Positions 59,028 through 64,000 of a stretch of DNA of 64,000 nt are shown here, one piece after another (position 1 is the stretch's first letter; every line of letters starts with the position of its first letter). The position numbers were made by a program, and so were the translations under genes. The DNA comes from Haplodiscus bocki. Its lineage: Eukaryota. Location: positions 61,628,001 through 61,692,000 of the forward strand of contig OZ296657.1 in assembly GCA_965655095.1 (NCBI GenBank). Direction: 5' to 3'. Under the pieces are notes generated by a model. That model was given only the letters and a program-made list of their open reading frames with translations. It searched no databases and was not told the origin of the DNA.

Positions 59028-62000
59028 TATTCTTCATCGTTATGTTAGCAATGCATAATAGCGACGGTCAAAATCACCACTGTCGACATAAAATAGCATT
59101 CTATCTATACATTTTCTACATAATTTGGACCTTGTGTTGACCTTATTACTCATTTCCCCCAAACGCATTTTGGAGTTATAAGTAAAATGATACGTTCTCA
59201 CTGCTTTTCCTAATGTGCACTTGGTCTTGGAAGACTTTGAAACATTCACTGTATTTTTCTTGGCTTCCTGTTATTCAAATTTCTTTTAAAGCAATTTCAT
59301 TAACCCATATATGACCTCATGAATGGACATCAGAAATTAATATCCCGTGCTCCTCCTCTATAACATCAACATCTAATTTTTCAAGCGCAAATATATTTTG
59401 AAACAAAATTATCAATAAAACTACCATTTATTCTCATCAAAAGATCTTATTAAAGCTGATACAATAAACTTACTTTAACACGGTCAAAAAAATCGACGAG
59501 CGGGAACAAGAAGCTTAATCAACCGGTCAATTGTTAAAGAATTAAATAAACATCAACAAGTTTTCATACTATGTCGCTCCTTGAATTAAGCGACGCCACC
59601 AAAGTTGAACTCCCCTTCCAAATTGATTTGAACTTTTCTTATTGCTAGACCAAAGACAGCTAATTCAAAATTCATTGCAGTCACACATACTCAACGATCG
59701 CCTTTAAAAAGCGCCGATAAATTATTCTCAATGCAGCAACCATGAAAGACAATGAATGTAAAGATTTGTTTAACGTGGTTTTTGTTGTTTTCGGTCCCAA
59801 AGCTTTTCTTCAGCTTCTAAACCAACGGTCAAACAAAAATATTGGGGCCATTTGTACAGATTAGAGTTGTACGATTTTTATCAACAGTTCAAATGCTTGA
59901 TTGAAGAACTAACTGATGTATATTATTTTTGGAAAGGCTGTTTTTTTCGAGTGGGAAGAAGATATATTTTTCGTGAAGAGATTTGAGCGGAAAATGAAAC
60001 GTTAAGGAAAGTTTGCATCATCTTAAAAGAATTTAGCATGACTGGAAAAGAGCGAGCAGATTGCTGTAATACAAATAGGCAATCAAAACATCAGAATTCA
60101 TTTTGAATATTTTCCAATGTGCGCATAATTCAAAAATTGGCTCAGTATTGGCAAAGAAACCTGGTTGAAAACTCATTCAGGGGAAGAGCCAAACTCAATC
60201 ACCGAGGGCTGCTCCCAAATTCAGAAAAAAAACGCTTCCCGATGCAAGCAAGAACACAATTGCAATCAATTGAAGTTAAAACTGTTAAATCTATTTCGAC
60301 AACTTTTAGAAAAGCGTCTGTTTCACGGTTCAGACAAAATACTATTTCCAAGCTGCTAACTTGAAACAACCTTTTTCAAAAATACCACCTATTTCCCAAA
60401 ATACAAAATAGTCATCCAGTGTCAACAAGATACGTTAATGGCATACATCAGTGTTAAAATTTCGGGCTGGGACCGGATTTGACACTGGAGTTGCTCGGTA
60501 CAGTCCTGGTATGAGTTGCTTGGAAAAATTTGCTCATAATTGATAGTGAAAATCCAATAGTCGTAATTACGTCATAAAATAACGTTCTCTCAAAAAATCA
60601 GGCCACTTCATTTTGTCGAGATTTTCGAGAAATGAGAAAATTCCTCCGTTCAGATAATGAGGACACTTTCATTTACCCAGGACATTATTAATATTCATTC
60701 AGGAACTGCTTATTTGACGGTAAACAGGGAATCAAACATAGCTGCATATCTAATCACCCCTTCAGCTACACTAAATTGATTCGTGTCCTTGAAAAGCAGA
60801 TATTGAGTTTAGGAGGGGACAATCGAATGGGGCAAATAAGACGTCAATCACTTCAAAGAAGGAAATGTGTTAGCTGCAGAAACGGAATTAATCTTTCAAA
60901 CCACCGAAATGCAAATTTCAGATCGATCTAACCTTTTGAAGAATTACTGCAGGATGGAAATGCACTTCAAATTCAAATTTTGCAAAATATAGTCCGTGGT
61001 GAAGCGAAAAATATCGTGCATCATATATGCATTTCCAATTTTTATGGAAATACATGCAGCTCCAGGTTATATTTTACAAGCAAGGCCTTCGCCATCCAAG
61101 TTAGCACCCTTGGAGGTCTCTTCTGGCCTCATCACTCGTACATCGAAGACTGAAAAATATGTACCAATTATTTTCGCCGGACCAATTACATTTCAACAAT
61201 GGAGGGAAAATGATTCTCGTCAAGCGTGTTCTTTTCACGAAAACTTGCCAGTTGCATGATTTCGATAAATTATGAATCACAGAATTTTTTTAACCAAAAG
61301 AAACCAAATTTGACGCGGAACAGAAAGTGAAGTTTTTAGTGGAAATTTGAAGTTACTAGCACGAGCTGGTTAATAATAGCCTTCCAATGACATTGTCAGG
61401 AACTCATTCAAATATTTCTAATTGAACTATCTTTCTCAAATAACGCGATATATTTTCAACTAAGCTGTACTTTTGAGGACTGGTCTGAACAGTGCACTTA
61501 TTCGGCTGCCGATTTTTCTGTGTGAGGCCAGTTTTCAAGTCGTTTTCGTTCTAAAGATAAGGCCGAGATACTGGAAAATCATGCAAAATGGCTAGAACGT
61601 CTTCGGAAAAGCTTGTTTTACATATGAATCTGTGTGTTGGTATTGTTCCTGATAATCCTGGGAGCACTATAAAATTGGGAGGACGTCATCTATTCCAGCC
61701 AGGTATTTTTAGACTTTGTACTTTTCAAAGGAAAAATTTCAACAATTCAAAATTTTGACTGCTTTTCTCTCCTCATGTCAATTATTCTTCCCTTCTTATT
61801 TTTTGCATCAATATTTTATATGGAAAGGAAAAATATTCAAGGGTTAGTGTCGTTTTTTCAGACACATTTTGCCAATTTACAATTCACATCTAACGACAAT
61901 TTACAATTTCTTGCAGTCCGAGTTGCGGCATGCCCTCTGCGTTTCCTGACTTTGAAGCATTATATCTCCGAGCGTATTGGTTGGAGCGTTCTAATTTTTC

Positions 62001-64000
62001 AAAAAGCTGAAAAGAAGGTTGCAACTGACCATGCGCCAAATTTTCAGCGTCCGAAATCTTTTTGCCCAGAAGTTGCTAGCGAAAAAATATTGTAAACGCA
62101 GAAAAAACTTAGAGCAACTCGTCGAATTTGACCAGCATCAGTATCATTTGCTTACGATGGGTGCCTATGTTAGTGGAATCGGTGCAAAATCAACCCAGCT
62201 TCATGCCCTACCAGTTTGAAAAAAATCCAACTTTCCGGTTGAGATTTAGCGGAAACTTTTGCGATAAATCTAATAATCCATGTTTTTTTTTGTTTGTTAC
62301 TGCCGTAGAGGCCTCGAACTGTCTTGATTTTCTTTCATATGTTCCTTTAACCTCGTGAGACCGAAAGAAAATATCGCAGGTGAGGGAAACATTCCGAGTT
62401 TTTTTCGGTAATTGGTCGGTACAAAAAAAATTGCCAGAAAAGGCTTTCACTTTTTGGCGACTTTGTAACTTAAGGGATTTTCATAAAGCTCGGAAGTGCA
62501 ACGTTATTTCTGTTTCCGATATGCAATTCCAAAACACGCCGGAGCTTAGAACCATTTTTTTGGGGGGGGGGGGGTGTAAATGTAAGTTTGCCGAGAGTTT
62601 CATAAAAAATGTCGGGTACCTCTATTTCTTCCGTTAAATAATCATCTTTTCACTTGGTCCTCCTATTGTTCTCTGTAGGTGAGTGAGGCATTATAACGGA
62701 AAACCGAAGAACAATCATCGGTAGACAGTTTGTTTTATGCGAAGCTGCATTTCGACCTTTTGCAAATGATTGCAACTAATGCCCGGAAGACCCATATTTT
62801 CAGAAAGTACTCAATTGATTATGGGGCGAAAGATTTTAGCAACGAATAACAAATTCTGGCAATAGAATTTCCAACACACAGGGTGCTCATTTTCGGCGTT
62901 TCTTCTATTCCTCGGGAGCCCAACGTAGAGCACTTTGGGAGAATGTTTTGCCACAAATTTCGTTTTTTGCAGATTCTGCAGACTTTATTTTTTTTTTGAA
63001 AAGCGCCACCATCTTAGCGCCCATGGTTATCCAATGGGATAGTTTTCGCTGACTCAACTCGGAAAAACGTGAAGTTTCTCAAAGATTTTACTTTGGCATG
63101 TATGGTTTTCTCCGGAGGAAACAAGAAAAATTGGATGTTTTTCGAACTAATCACGTAATTTTTCAACTCTAGTACCTCCGAGCCTTGTACACTGCCTAAA
63201 TGAACTAACAATTTTCCACTAATTCCAATGGTTTATTGAAGTAGTGAAAAAATTGACAAATTAAAAAATGGTATAAATTAGGCTGTTCTCACGTTAACCT
63301 GAAGCCAATGATTTTCCATTATCATATCCCGTAAAAAAATATTTCTACTCCTCACGGGGATCGGATTCAAAGGGAATCAACACAAGTTTTGCATTAGTCC
63401 CTCCATTGGCTTCGCCGTTTAGGAAAGAATGGCTATAGAATGTTATTCCCTGAAGAAAACTTTCTTTGCATAACTTTCAGTAATGGAGGGGCGAGCTACC
63501 GCAAAACACCCTATGACGCCCCATTTGTCCATTTCAACAGGATGGACGCCACTCGTGAGTCGGTTAAACAGGTGGCCAGACAAACTACATTTTTCCGGTC
63601 AAAACAAAAACAACGCGCCACTATTTTCAAACAATTCATTTTTGAAAACCCAAAAACAAAATATTGAGACTAAATCAGCCTCTACAACATTCATGGGCAC
63701 GACTGACAGCACCAACAATGGAAGGCAGAAAGAAAACTGACATCAGAAAACCAGAAAAAACCGAAAGTTCAAAGGATTGATTAGATTTCGCTTTCTTTGG
63801 CTTCATAGCACGCCGATCATTGGACTGGCTTTCCATCAATTGGTGCAAAAACATTAGCAATTTCGAGCTGACTTGAACGGCAGGACTCAGAAAAATAGCC
63901 CTTGTTCTCTAAAGAAACCTAAAATTGAAATCGGCGACTGAAAATTTGGAATATAGTAGATCGTGAACCCAACGTATTTATGCAAAAATCAGATAAATCC

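Noticed and set aside
59100-64000. Short ORFs as genes or further host exons
   Set aside because: No recognisable motifs or convincing splice-bounded frames.

Overview
AT-rich eukaryotic (animal, probably invertebrate) genomic DNA, almost entirely transposon-derived. Bases 1-15359 are the right-hand part of an endogenous Polinton/Maverick (adintovirus-like) element. It carries pPolB, packaging ATPase, integrase, minor and major capsid proteins and an adenain protease, and ends in a canonical ACTACT terminus. The element is inserted into the RNase H region of a decayed BEL/Pao LTR retrotransposon (15360-19142). Its accessory block (4761-9969) is the most interesting part. It contains an intact EGF-family ligand with a signal/TM anchor, and an acidic protein with beta-TrCP-degron and RxL cyclin-docking motifs. 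It also has a HUH-motif protein, several PC4-like proteins and a PLA2-like protein. A duplicated promoter carries paired CArG (SRF) boxes next to GGAA. Together these suggest a mitogenic, possibly self-amplifying, viral module (inference). The rest of the window holds a probable decayed ionotropic-receptor gene and CRE-, Ingi/Vingi- and CR1/L2-like non-LTR relics. It also contains a deleted LTR element, a hAT relic, several MITEs (two with 9-bp TSDs), a 783-bp foldback element, dispersed repeats and one exon of a host TBC1D30-like gene. Family assignments come from motif recognition only; no database searches were run.
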